Below the pieces are notes generated by a model. That model did not search any database. It saw only the letters and a list, made by a program, of their open reading frames with translations, and was not told the origin of the DNA. This document shows positions 8,988 to 18,074 of a stretch of DNA of 35,838 nucleotides, piece after piece. The position numbers were made by a program, and so were the translations under genes. Source of the DNA: Kiritimatiellia bacterium. Lineage in GTDB: Bacteria > Verrucomicrobiota > Kiritimatiellia > RFP12 > UBA1067. The stretch is taken from NCBI GenBank assembly GCA_045540275.1, contig JAZQGX010000297.1:1-35838 (forward strand), read 5' to 3'. Numbering within the stretch: the stretch's first letter is position 1; every line of letters begins with the position of its first letter.

Positions 8988-9974
8988 ATGAGCTGGACAG
9001 ACAAATCTGGAAAAGACGTAGTCGCAATCGGAGAATTGCTGATTGATTTCATCGCAACCGGAATTGACGATCAGGGCAATCCGATAATGACCGCCAATCC
9101 CGGCGGTGCGCCCTGCAACGTGCTTTCGATGCTTTCCCGTCTAGGGAAAAAAACCGGGTTCATCGGTCGCGTCGGCGATGATATTTTCGGTCGGCAGTTG
9201 CGCGAGGCGATAACCTCGTGCGGTATTGAAGATTGCGCACTGGCAGTCGATCCAAGCGTTCGGACCACACTTGCCTTCGTCAAAACGCTGGAGGGGGGAG
9301 AACGCGAATTTTCCTTCTATCGCAATCCCGGTGCGGATATGCGTCTTTGCCAAGCCGATGTCAGCGCATCGTATATCGGACAATTCAGAATTCTGCATTT
9401 CGGAACGCTGTCATCGACACATCCCGAAAACCGGGCGGCAACCCGAAAGGCGTTGGATATCGCCAAACGCGCCGGGCTGGCGATTTCCTTCGACCCAAAC
9501 CTGAGACCGATGCTGTGGGATAGTCCTGATGATGCCAGAGCCGAGATGCTGTACGGATTGGACCGGGCCGATATCGTAAAAATCTCTGACGATGAGATTA
9601 TGTTTCTCGTTCCTGACGCTTCGACTCCGATCGAAGGTGCCGAAAGACTGATGAAGAATCATCCGGGGATAAAAATTCTCTTCGCCACGTTGGGCGCCGC
9701 CGGATCAGCGGTGCTGTGCAACGGACGAACGGTTTCGGCACCAACCTTTACCGGAATTCCGGCCGTCGAGAAAACCGGAGCGGGTGACACCTTTATGGGG
9801 GCGGCGCTTGCCTGTCTTCTTGAATCCGATACGCCTTTTGGCATGAACGACGAAGCGTTGCGGCAGACGCTTTTGTTCGCCAATGCCGCAGCGACAATCT
9901 GCGCTTCGCGCAAAGGCGCATTGAAATCCATGCCGGAACGCGACGAGATTATTGAGTTGTTGAGGATGTCATGA
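8988..9974 (+). CDS. PfkB-family carbohydrate kinase (fructokinase-like)
   Basis: AIGELLIDFI and LGAAGSAV...EKTGAGDTFMGAALACLL give the ribokinase/PfkB signature, with the GAGD anion hole. The start directly follows the isomerase stop (TAAATG). Confidence 0.8.
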   Translation: MSWTDKSGKDVVAIGELLIDFIATGIDDQGNPIMTANPGGAPCNVLSMLSRLGKKTGFIGRVGDDIFGRQLREAITSCGIEDCALAVDPSVRTTLAFVKTLEGGEREFSFYRNPGADMRLCQADVSASYIGQFRILHFGTLSSTHPENRAATRKALDIAKRAGLAISFDPNLRPMLWDSPDDARAEMLYGLDRADIVKISDDEIMFLVPDASTPIEGAERLMKNHPGIKILFATLGAAGSAVLCNGRTVSAPTFTGIPAVEKTGAGDTFMGAALACLLESDTPFGMNDEALRQTLLFANAAATICASRKGALKSMPERDEIIELLRMS

Positions 9975-12268
9975 CATTTAAATGTTTTTCCGTTACGATT
10001 TTAACATTCGCCTTCGCATTTTTTGCCGTTGCCCAGAACGATGTCGCTGTACTGCACGGACGAAACGCCAATGCAACCGACTTTGACGCTGCGGTGAAAA
10101 ATACCGGCATTAATGCCGATTTTTTCAAGTGCAACGATTCTGAAATCAGGCGATTCTGCGCGAATCTGGGACAATACCGACTTGTTCTGCTCGATTCGCT
10201 TTTTAATATGGGGCGCGATGGGAATCTGCTTTCGGACGATGCTACCGATTTCAGGGCGGTACGCGGTTTTTTGGAACGGGGAGGGGTGTTGGTCGCCACC
10301 GATGCGGTTTATCCCCATGTCAACGGCTGGCTCGACAAGGTGTTGGGCGGAGCGAAAGTGCCAAAAATCGGAAAATGTAACTCGTCGCAATGGGCGGTAC
10401 TGGGGCATACCGAAAACGTCGAGCCGGTATCGTCGCTCCGTTCTTTCCCGAATTCGATAACGCAAGGCAATTCCTGGCCGCATTACGAGAAGGATATCGA
10501 TCCGTCCTGGACGGTCGTCGCCAATTGTTCGGAAGGATTTCCGGTCGTTCTGACGCGCAATGTCGGCAAGGGTCTGGTGGTGCTTTCCGCCATTCGCCAG
10601 CCCGGTGAAAAAATCCTCGAGAACAATTACGCGCAAGCCCAGCTCAGGGCTGCCGGTGTGGATGTGAAAAACTTTTCCATGTCGCCGCTGGCTCCCGGGC
10701 GCGGCGAGCTGAACATCGAATTGACCAGACCCGCCCCGAAGGGAGCGGTTCTGATATGCGAATTCATCGATGCCAAAGGGGTGAAAACCACCGCGAGTGC
10801 AAGTTTTACCGGTAATGTCGCAAGAGTAGAATATTTCATCAAATCCCGGGGAGAGCTTGCGTCAAAGCTGTATCTAAGTGCAAACGGCAGGCAGTACAGT
10901 CTTTGCGCAAGAAAAGCCACGCTTCCTCCGCTGCTGACGATCGAGCCTCCGGCATATCGCGGCATCATTTCCACCAAGCGCCGTCTCCCTGCGGTAAGGT
11001 TCCGCATCCGTCTTGCGCCGACTGCTGAAAAACTGCACGGGGCGGTGTTGACGGTGGGACTGTACGATTCATTGAGCAATTGCGTTTTCAAAACCAGCAG
11101 TAAAATCCCAGAAGAGTCGAAGGCAAGGCTTGATACCGATTTCGATCTGCCGCTTGAATTGCCGAAAGAACTTTCTGACGGTGAATATGAAGTTCGCGCC
11201 TCGCTCAACCGCTACAACGCCAAATCATCCGCACCGGTGCGAATTCTCGCCCCCCGTCCCGCGCAGACGGTCATTGATGAAGACAATACCTTTTTAATCA
11301 ACGGCAATCCGTTCTTCCCGTTGGGCATCTACCATCCCGCCGGCAATTATGCCGATATTTCCGAAATCGGTTTCAATACCGTTCAATTCTGGAAATGGGA
11401 TATGGGGACAGATCAGCGCTACGGGGTGCCGATGGGCTTATACAAGGCTTTCGCCAACGGACTGCGCTGTTTGTTTGAATCGAATCATCACGGTGATATG
11501 ATATACCGCGATGTCGTCAGCAAGGCCGGTGACCATCCGGCGATTCTGATGTGGTATGTGGTTGACGAACCTGCGGAAGGGGCGGAACGCAGAATGCAGA
11601 GCATCAACGACGGATGGCATAAATACGATATTCACCATCCGACCTATCTGCTCTCGTGCAGAGAGGACCTTTTCACGCAGCATCAGAGATACGGCGATGT
11701 CTTCGCGTTCGATCCTTACGGAAGCAAGACCAGAGACAGCTTCGATCAGACGATCAGCTGGATGAAGAAGGGGAAGGAGGCGACCGAAGGACGCAAGGCG
11801 CTGATCTGCGTGCCGTGGGCGACGCCGGAAAAGGTCGATAGCATAAGACCGCTGGCTTATGCCGCGTTGGTGCACGATGCCCGCGGGTTGATCTGGTATT
11901 GCTGGCGGCAGGCCGGCGGCGGACCGCTCGGCATAGGATTGAATACCCGAAAAGACTGTCAAGAGGAATACCGGAAATTGCTTGCTGAAATCAAAACGCT
12001 GATGCCGGGTCTGCTTTCCGCAAGACGGCGGACGTTTGAGGACGGAAATCTGCACGGCATGGTTTGCGGCGACGCGCACGCTCGCAACAAGCGTTTTGCA
12101 ATTCTGCTCAATGTGGCTTCGGGCAAAGGGGACTATGAACTTGTCGTTCCGGAGCTGTCGGCCGTCAAGACGGTGACGGATCATTTTACGGGAGCTCAAC
12201 TCCCGGTGGTGGACGGAAAAATCAAGGTGTCATTGGGTCCTCGGGAGGTTGCTGTCTATCGGTGGTAG
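9971..12268 (+). CDS. Secreted 765-aa protein, a putative clan GH-A-like glycoside hydrolase with an N-terminal ThuA/GATase1-like domain
   Basis: The signal peptide is MTFKCFSVTILTFAFAFFAVAQ. GGVLVATDAVYPHVNGW resembles class-I glutamine-amidotransferase-like/trimerisation domains. NGNPFFPLGIYHP...FNTVQFW and ILMWYVVDEP recall the (beta/alpha)8 GH-A NEP acid/base strand. It overlaps the kinase stop in an ATGA arrangement. The family assignment is not secure. Confidence 0.4.
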   Translation: MTFKCFSVTILTFAFAFFAVAQNDVAVLHGRNANATDFDAAVKNTGINADFFKCNDSEIRRFCANLGQYRLVLLDSLFNMGRDGNLLSDDATDFRAVRGFLERGGVLVATDAVYPHVNGWLDKVLGGAKVPKIGKCNSSQWAVLGHTENVEPVSSLRSFPNSITQGNSWPHYEKDIDPSWTVVANCSEGFPVVLTRNVGKGLVVLSAIRQPGEKILENNYAQAQLRAAGVDVKNFSMSPLAPGRGELNIELTRPAPKGAVLICEFIDAKGVKTTASASFTGNVARVEYFIKSRGELASKLYLSANGRQYSLCARKATLPPLLTIEPPAYRGIISTKRRLPAVRFRIRLAPTAEKLHGAVLTVGLYDSLSNCVFKTSSKIPEESKARLDTDFDLPLELPKELSDGEYEVRASLNRYNAKSSAPVRILAPRPAQTVIDEDNTFLINGNPFFPLGIYHPAGNYADISEIGFNTVQFWKWDMGTDQRYGVPMGLYKAFANGLRCLFESNHHGDMIYRDVVSKAGDHPAILMWYVVDEPAEGAERRMQSINDGWHKYDIHHPTYLLSCREDLFTQHQRYGDVFAFDPYGSKTRDSFDQTISWMKKGKEATEGRKALICVPWATPEKVDSIRPLAYAALVHDARGLIWYCWRQAGGGPLGIGLNTRKDCQEEYRKLLAEIKTLMPGLLSARRRTFEDGNLHGMVCGDAHARNKRFAILLNVASGKGDYELVVPELSAVKTVTDHFTGAQLPVVDGKIKVSLGPREVAVYRW

Positions 12269-12517
12269 GAGACTTCGGCTAAAAAATCCCAAAACATTCA
12301 TTTAGTGCTTGGTTTTTCCAAAAAAATTTGCAATAATTATAATCGCTTTTGTGGTTGAATTATCGCAAAATGCAAAATCAAAGGGTCGTGTGCTTTTTGA
12401 TTGTCGGGGGTGTTCGCAAACGTGACACCGCGGGGCAACCTGATTTCGCAGAAAATACCATGGTTTTTGCGAAGGCCGATTTCACTGAAATCATGGTGGT
12501 CATGGATTAAGGAAAAA

Positions 12518-12850
12518 ATGATGGACATCTATGTTGGCAACCTTGCCTATGCAACGACGGATGATGGACTGAAGGCTGCATTTGCCGCTTATGGCGAAGT
12601 CACTTCTGCCCGTGTGGTTACCGATCGCATGAGCGGGCGCTCCAAGGGGTTCGGATTCGTCGAGATGCCCGACAATGCTCAGGCCCAAGCTGCAATCGAT
12701 GCACTTAACGGTCAGGATTTGGACGGACGCACCATTCGTGTAAACGAGTCTCAGCCCAAACCCCGCCGCGAAGGTGGCGGTCGCGGTTTCGGTCACCGTT
12801 CTGATCGTGGCGGCGGTTTTGGTGGTGGTCGCCGCGAGCAGCGCTGGTAA
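12518..12850 (+). CDS. RRM-type glycine-rich RNA-binding protein
   Basis: RNP2 is IYVGNL and RNP1 is KGFGFVEM. The tail is an RGG/glycine-rich C-terminus (GGGRGFGHRSDRGGGFGGGRREQRW). An AAGGA sequence precedes the ATG. The ORF-track start at 12401 is an in-frame upstream extension without an RBS. Confidence 0.85.
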   Translation: MMDIYVGNLAYATTDDGLKAAFAAYGEVTSARVVTDRMSGRSKGFGFVEMPDNAQAQAAIDALNGQDLDGRTIRVNESQPKPRREGGGRGFGHRSDRGGGFGGGRREQRW

Positions 12851-12866
12851 CGGCAATTTGCGGTAA

Positions 12867-12898
12867 CGCGCATCCTTTCACGGGATGCGCGTTTTTTT
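12867..12898 (+). terminator. Rho-independent terminator after the RRM gene
   Basis: Stem CGCGCATCC (12867-12875), loop TTTCACG, stem GGATGCGCG (12883-12891), then TTTTTTT. Confidence 0.65.
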
Positions 12899-12903
12899 CA
12901 CAG

Positions 12904-12933
12904 TTGAATTTTACCGGTTCGCTTTGATATAAT
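12904..12933 (+). promoter_or_regulatory. Candidate sigma70-type promoter for the glycosyltransferase gene
   Basis: TTGAAT (12904-12909), an 18-nt spacer, then an extended -10 TGATATAAT (12925-12933). This is sequence only, with no transcript evidence. Confidence 0.3.
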
Positions 12934-12962
12934 TTTGGTGTTAGTTAAAAGCATAGTTTGAA

Positions 12963-12996
12963 GCTTGCCGCTTTATCAGCAGTTGTGGCGGCAAGC
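12963..12996 (+). promoter_or_regulatory. Hairpin in the leader of the glycosyltransferase gene
   Basis: Stem GCTTGCCGC (12963-12971), a 16-nt loop, stem GCGGCAAGC (12988-12996). It lies between the candidate promoter and the start codon at 13033. Its function is unknown. Confidence 0.3.
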
Positions 12997-13032
12997 GCTG
13001 TGTTTTGTCATTTCAGGAAGATTGGTTAACCG

Positions 13033-14133
13033 ATGAAGGTAGCTTTGTTGCACTACTGGCTTACCAATATGCGCGGTGGCGAAAGAGTGTTGCAGACGAT
13101 AGCCTCGCTATTTGAAGAAGCCGACATTTATACGCATGCATGCATCCGTTCATCGCTTCCTGAATTTGCGAAATATCCCATTTGCGAATCGTTCGTGTCG
13201 CATCTCCCCTTTGGCCGCCGATTCCCGCAGCTTTATGTGCCGTTGATGCCGACCGCTTCGCGCCGGTTCAAGCTGGACGGGTATGATTTGATCGTTTCAA
13301 GCGAATCGGGCCCGATAAAAGGGATAGTCAAACCCAAGCACGCAAGACACATCTGCTACTGCCACACTCCGATGCGCTATGTTTGGGATTTGTTTGACGA
13401 GTACTATCGCGCCGCGCTGTTCCCGACTAAAGTGGCAATGCGCGTTTTCAGACGGTATTTGCAGAATTGCGATTTGAAGAGTGCGGAAAGCGTCGATGAA
13501 TTTATCGCCAACTCGCGTTTTGTGGCGGAGCGGATCAGACGCATATACGGTCGCGATTCGGCGGTGGTGCATCCGCCGGTGGACACGGCTTATTTTACGA
13601 CCTCGGGAAAAATCAAGTATCCGGTTTTCAATGGGGAGCCGTACTATCTTTTTGTCGGCGAGTTGCGTACCTACAAGCGTCCCCAGCTTGCGATAGAGGC
13701 TTGTTTGCGGATGAACCGCAGGCTGGTGGTGATCGGCAACGGCGAGATGCGCAAGCAGCTGCTGAAGATGGTGAGGGGGCGCGGCAAGATTGAGTTTTGC
13801 GGCGGGGTGACGCGCGATCAGCTCCGTTACGGCTATGCACACGCGCGAGCGCTGATATTCCCCGGAATCGAAGATTTCGGAATGGTGCCGGTTGAGGCGC
13901 AGGCGACAGGCACTCCGGTTTTGGCGTTGGGCGAGGGCGGAGCGTTGGAGACGGTCAGGCGCGGCGAGACGGGTTTGTTTTTCGAAGACGGCACGGTTGA
14001 CTCGCTGTGCGGCTGCATTGAGGAGTTTGAGGCGGCTGAATTCCGATCTGAGGCCTGCCGCCGCAATGCCCTGCAATTTTCCGAAGAAGTTTTCATTGAA
14101 AAGATCAAAGCGATACTATGCAATAGGCATTAG
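13033..14133 (+). CDS. GT4-family (GT-B) glycosyltransferase
   Basis: MKVALLHYWL.N.RGGERVL plus the C-terminal FPGIEDFGMVPVEAQATGTPVLALGEGGALETV, with its E-x7-E-like donor-binding region, is typical of group-1 glycosyltransferases. Confidence 0.8.
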   Translation: MKVALLHYWLTNMRGGERVLQTIASLFEEADIYTHACIRSSLPEFAKYPICESFVSHLPFGRRFPQLYVPLMPTASRRFKLDGYDLIVSSESGPIKGIVKPKHARHICYCHTPMRYVWDLFDEYYRAALFPTKVAMRVFRRYLQNCDLKSAESVDEFIANSRFVAERIRRIYGRDSAVVHPPVDTAYFTTSGKIKYPVFNGEPYYLFVGELRTYKRPQLAIEACLRMNRRLVVIGNGEMRKQLLKMVRGRGKIEFCGGVTRDQLRYGYAHARALIFPGIEDFGMVPVEAQATGTPVLALGEGGALETVRRGETGLFFEDGTVDSLCGCIEEFEAAEFRSEACRRNALQFSEEVFIEKIKAILCNRH

Positions 14134-14156
14134 TTCATGCAATTGAGAGGCAAGGG

Positions 14157-17100
14157 ATGAGTATTGAGGATTCATTTGATTACAATCAGACGCTTACGGG
14201 GCTTGGTAAAATAGACCAATACGAAATTTTGCAGGAACTTGGCGGAGGCGGTTTCGGTTCGGTGTATCTCGCGCGAGACACCACCTCCAGGGTGCTGGTT
14301 GCAATCAAGGGGCTTCCCCCGTCGGTCAAGAACGATAACGAGGATATGGAAAATATCAGAAATAATTTTACCATCGTTCACGATCTGCACCACCCCCATA
14401 TCGCCGCTGCTCTAGTTCTGCATCGTGCGAACAAGGTTTGCTACTCCAAAGAGGAGGTGCGGCAAAAGCTTCGGGTGCTGGAAGGCGATCCTCTTCTCGT
14501 CATGGCATACGCTCCGGGTGTTACTCTCTCAAAATGGCGCAGGCAGTTTCCGAAAAATATCGTTCCAACTGATCAGGCGATAGAGATTGTTAAGCAGATC
14601 GCCTCCGCCTTGGATTATGCCCATGCTGAAAAAGTGCTTCATCGCGATGTAAAACCCGCCAATGTAATGATTGAAACCAAAGCCGACGGCTCAATAACCG
14701 CGCGCGTGCTGGATTTCGGTTTGGCGGCGGAAATCAGATCATCGCTCGGGCGCAGTGCCGGTCAGGTGCATGACACATCGGGCACTCGTCCGTATATGGC
14801 GCCTGAACAGTGGATTGGAGCTAGGCAGAGTAGTGCTACCGATCAGTATGCTTTGGCGGCGATGTTTTATGAACTTATTACCGGGGAGGTCCCGTTCGCT
14901 TCCGTTTTTCAGACGGGAGATGCGATAGTGATGATGAATGTTGTCAGGGGGCAGAATTTTGTTCCGCCGCCCGATATGCCGAAAAATACAGCCAAGGCGC
15001 TATCGAAAGCGCTTTCAAAAGATATTGATCAGCGCTTTCCCTGCTGCATGGATTTTGTCAAGGCCTTGCAGGGGGATTTTGCGACAACCGGCCGCAACAG
15101 CCGGACGGTCGTGAAAGAATCTAAACCGCTGCCGTTTGCGCGGATTTTCGCCGCCGTTTCAATTGTCGCGCTGGCGCTTGGCGGTGCGTGGTACGGATGG
15201 ATGAGATACGATCAGGCGGCGAAGGCGCGCAAACTCGAAGAAGAGCGTCTTCGCGGAGAAGTATACGATATGCAGGGCCGTGCCAGTCAGGTGCGTGAAC
15301 TCAATCAAAGTGCGGTGTGGAAAAATTGGAAGCATTTTCAATTTCATGCCAAAGAGTTGGAGTCTTCATACCGCGCCGGTGAAATGGCGTTGGAGAAAAA
15401 CGATTTCAATCTCGCCAAGGTGCAATTCCAGAAAGTGCGCGAGTATTGGCTGCTCTTGAGTTCGAACAAGGCGGACCGCGCACAGGCGCTACAGAAGTGC
15501 GAGGTGGTAAAGGTCGCCCGCCGTACCGCCGAAAAGGCCTCGGCCGGAGTGTTAGCGTCGAATGATTTTGCCGTTGCTGAAAGTATCGAGCGCAATGCCG
15601 ATGAATTGTTCGAAAACGGTTTGTTCAACAAAGCGATTGCGGAGTATGAGCAAGCGAATGCCGCTTTTGCAAAAGCGCTAAAGAGTGCTGAAAATGAAAA
15701 TAAACGCCGGATAAAAGCGAAAATAAAAGCAGACACCGAGGCGGCGCTGCTTGCGTTTAATGCAAATCCTCCCCGATATATCGAAGGCATGAAATATTCG
15801 GCAACGGCGGACAGGGAAAATCCCGATCTTCAGTTTCATCTCGCCCGCTGTTATTTTCATGGATACGGTGGGGTCGCGGTCAATAAGCCCGAGGCCGCAC
15901 GCTGGTATCTCAAATCGGCAAATCAGGGGTGTGCGGAAGCATTGGTGCCGATCGGTCTTATGTACGAGAAAGGTGATGGGGTTGCTCTGAATTATGCGGA
16001 AGCGGTAAAATGGTATCGCAAGGCGGCGGAAAAGGGAGATTGCTCCGGCGAGAATTATCTCGGTGAAATGTACGAGACGGGAGACGGCGTTGCCAAGGAT
16101 ATTGCAGAGGCCGTCAAGTGGTATCGCAAGGCGGCGGAAAAGGGATTTGCGCGGGGGCAACTCAATCTGGCTCGCATGTATGCCCAAGGCACCGGAGTTG
16201 AAGAAAATCAGCTGGAAGCCGCGTCCTGGTTCCGCAAAGCGGCAGAACAAGGTGAAGCGAAAGCGCAATACCTGCTCGGATTAATGTATGCCGAGGGGAA
16301 TGCGGTAGCAAAGGACAATAAGGAAGCCGTATCCTGGTTCCGCAAAGCGGCCGAGCAGGGTGATGCGTCGGCGGCTTTTTCTCTGGCTATTCATTGTGCC
16401 AACGGGCGCGGAGTCGATAAAGACCTGGCGGAAGCGGCGAAGTGGTATCGCAAGGCGGCCAATGTTGGACACGCTCAGGCGCAACGTAATCTCGGAATGG
16501 CGTATGAAGAAGGTGCGGGGGTTCCCAAAGATGCCGTCGAAGCATTTAAGTGGTATTATAAGTCGGCGGAACAAGGTGATAAATTCGCACAGTTTCTAGT
16601 CGCTTATTCCTATTTTAAAGGACAAGGGGTCAATGAAAACAAAACCGAGGCCGTTAAGTGGTATCTCAAGTCCGCAGAACAAGGAGTTGTAAGTGCGCAA
16701 CGGAACCTCGGCATATTGTACTTCGAGGGACAAGGAGTCGATAAAAATTATTCAGAGGCGGTCAAGTGGTCTCGCAAAGCAGCTGAAAAGGGAGATGCAG
16801 TCTCCCAATCGAATTTGGGGTGGGCGTATGAGCACGGTAACGGCATAGAACAGGACTATGCGGAAGCAGCAAAGTGGTATCGGAAGGCCGCCGAGCAAGG
16901 CAATGGGACTGCGCAGTGCAATCTGGGTGATCTCTATGAGAAGGGGAAAGGGGTCGATAAAAACATGGCCGAGGCGATGGCCTGGTATCAAAAGGCGGCG
17001 AAAAATGGCAGCGTGCGCGCCAAGGAGCGGCTTAGCGAGTTTACTTCTGCGTCCGATGTTGACAAGCGCTGTCGCGAGGGAATTACCATGCTTGGGTTGG

Positions 17101-17924
17101 AACCCGACAATGACTCCTTCCGCAATGGCCAGACGATATATATTTCTCCCGGCGACAACGCCAAGGAAAAAATTGAAAACAGCCCCGACTGGGCAACGAT
17201 ATTATTTGACAAGGGTGAATATGATTTGGGTTGGTTTAAGCTAAAGGGGAATAAGCGCATTCGAGGGAAGGGCATCGGTAAGACCATTATCAAAGGAAGG
17301 ATTAATTCCGGGAATGGAGGGAGTTATTTGATAGCGATGGATGCTACTTTTGTTATTGATAGCAGCACAAGTGGGAAATATCCAATTTGGGTGGATGAGT
17401 ACGGTAAAGCGGTGATAAAAAACTGTGGGCTAATCGGCGGAGGAATTTGGGCAAGCGATGGTAGCAAATGCGTTGTATCCCGTACCAATGTGAAAGATGC
17501 TTATGGCCGTGGAATTTCAATGGGCGATAATTCGAAAGTTTATGTTGCCGACTCAAAACTCAATGCTGCAAATGACAAATCGGCGGTATTGCATGGAGGA
17601 GCGCGAGTTGTAATGAAAAACACTCAGCTTTCTACGCAGAAACAAGATGAGAGTGTTTGTTATTTCGGATTTGAAAATACTGCTTTCTATTTAGAGAACT
17701 GCATATTAACAGGAGATGATAGAGGCATAGCTATAGGCAATGGCGCTAGCGGATGTCTTAAAAATGTTACCTTTCAACGATGCAAAGATAGTATAGAGAA
17801 TTATGGGGATATTGAACTATTTGGCAATACCTATCACGGTAATAAGTTCTCAAGTTCTTCCAAAGGCAAATATATCAATAAAGAGAACGGCAACTTTGAC
17901 GTAAATCCTAATTTCTTTAAATGA
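14157..17924 (+). CDS. Kinase 1: a Hanks-type Ser/Thr kinase with a TM helix, a coiled coil, about 12 Sel1 repeats and a C-terminal parallel beta-helix
   Basis: The kinase motifs are LGGGGFGSVYLARD, AIK, HRDVKPANVMI, DFGLA and GTRPYMAPEQ. The TM segment is IFAAVSIVALALGGAWYGW. The Sel1 repeats are units like AVKWYRKAAEKG...LG.MYE.G.GV.KD. The tail has PbH1-like turns (NCGLIGGGIWASDGSKCVV...GISMGDNSKVYVADSKL...GIAIGNGASGC). Confidence 0.85.
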   Translation: MSIEDSFDYNQTLTGLGKIDQYEILQELGGGGFGSVYLARDTTSRVLVAIKGLPPSVKNDNEDMENIRNNFTIVHDLHHPHIAAALVLHRANKVCYSKEEVRQKLRVLEGDPLLVMAYAPGVTLSKWRRQFPKNIVPTDQAIEIVKQIASALDYAHAEKVLHRDVKPANVMIETKADGSITARVLDFGLAAEIRSSLGRSAGQVHDTSGTRPYMAPEQWIGARQSSATDQYALAAMFYELITGEVPFASVFQTGDAIVMMNVVRGQNFVPPPDMPKNTAKALSKALSKDIDQRFPCCMDFVKALQGDFATTGRNSRTVVKESKPLPFARIFAAVSIVALALGGAWYGWMRYDQAAKARKLEEERLRGEVYDMQGRASQVRELNQSAVWKNWKHFQFHAKELESSYRAGEMALEKNDFNLAKVQFQKVREYWLLLSSNKADRAQALQKCEVVKVARRTAEKASAGVLASNDFAVAESIERNADELFENGLFNKAIAEYEQANAAFAKALKSAENENKRRIKAKIKADTEAALLAFNANPPRYIEGMKYSATADRENPDLQFHLARCYFHGYGGVAVNKPEAARWYLKSANQGCAEALVPIGLMYEKGDGVALNYAEAVKWYRKAAEKGDCSGENYLGEMYETGDGVAKDIAEAVKWYRKAAEKGFARGQLNLARMYAQGTGVEENQLEAASWFRKAAEQGEAKAQYLLGLMYAEGNAVAKDNKEAVSWFRKAAEQGDASAAFSLAIHCANGRGVDKDLAEAAKWYRKAANVGHAQAQRNLGMAYEEGAGVPKDAVEAFKWYYKSAEQGDKFAQFLVAYSYFKGQGVNENKTEAVKWYLKSAEQGVVSAQRNLGILYFEGQGVDKNYSEAVKWSRKAAEKGDAVSQSNLGWAYEHGNGIEQDYAEAAKWYRKAAEQGNGTAQCNLGDLYEKGKGVDKNMAEAMAWYQKAAKNGSVRAKERLSEFTSASDVDKRCREGITMLGLEPDNDSFRNGQTIYISPGDNAKEKIENSPDWATILFDKGEYDLGWFKLKGNKRIRGKGIGKTIIKGRINSGNGGSYLIAMDATFVIDSSTSGKYPIWVDEYGKAVIKNCGLIGGGIWASDGSKCVVSRTNVKDAYGRGISMGDNSKVYVADSKLNAANDKSAVLHGGARVVMKNTQLSTQKQDESVCYFGFENTAFYLENCILTGDDRGIAIGNGASGCLKNVTFQRCKDSIENYGDIELFGNTYHGNKFSSSSKGKYINKENGNFDVNPNFFK

Positions 17925-18013
17925 GCGTTATTACAATGATAAAAAATCAATCAGATGTAAATAAATATAAACAAATATAAACAAATACAATACTATGTAT
18001 CAAAAATAAACAG

Positions 18014-18042
18014 TTGACAATTGGTATAATTAATGATAATAT
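18014..18042 (+). promoter_or_regulatory. Candidate sigma70 promoter in an extremely AT-rich intergenic region
   Basis: TTGACA (18014-18019), a 17-nt spacer, then TAATAT (18037-18042) preceded by TG. The region 17925-18071 is about 20-25% GC with a tandem AAATATAAAC x2. It lies upstream of the HTH gene. Confidence 0.35.
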
Positions 18043-18074
18043 AACGTCATTAATTAAACAAACTAGGAGTCGTG

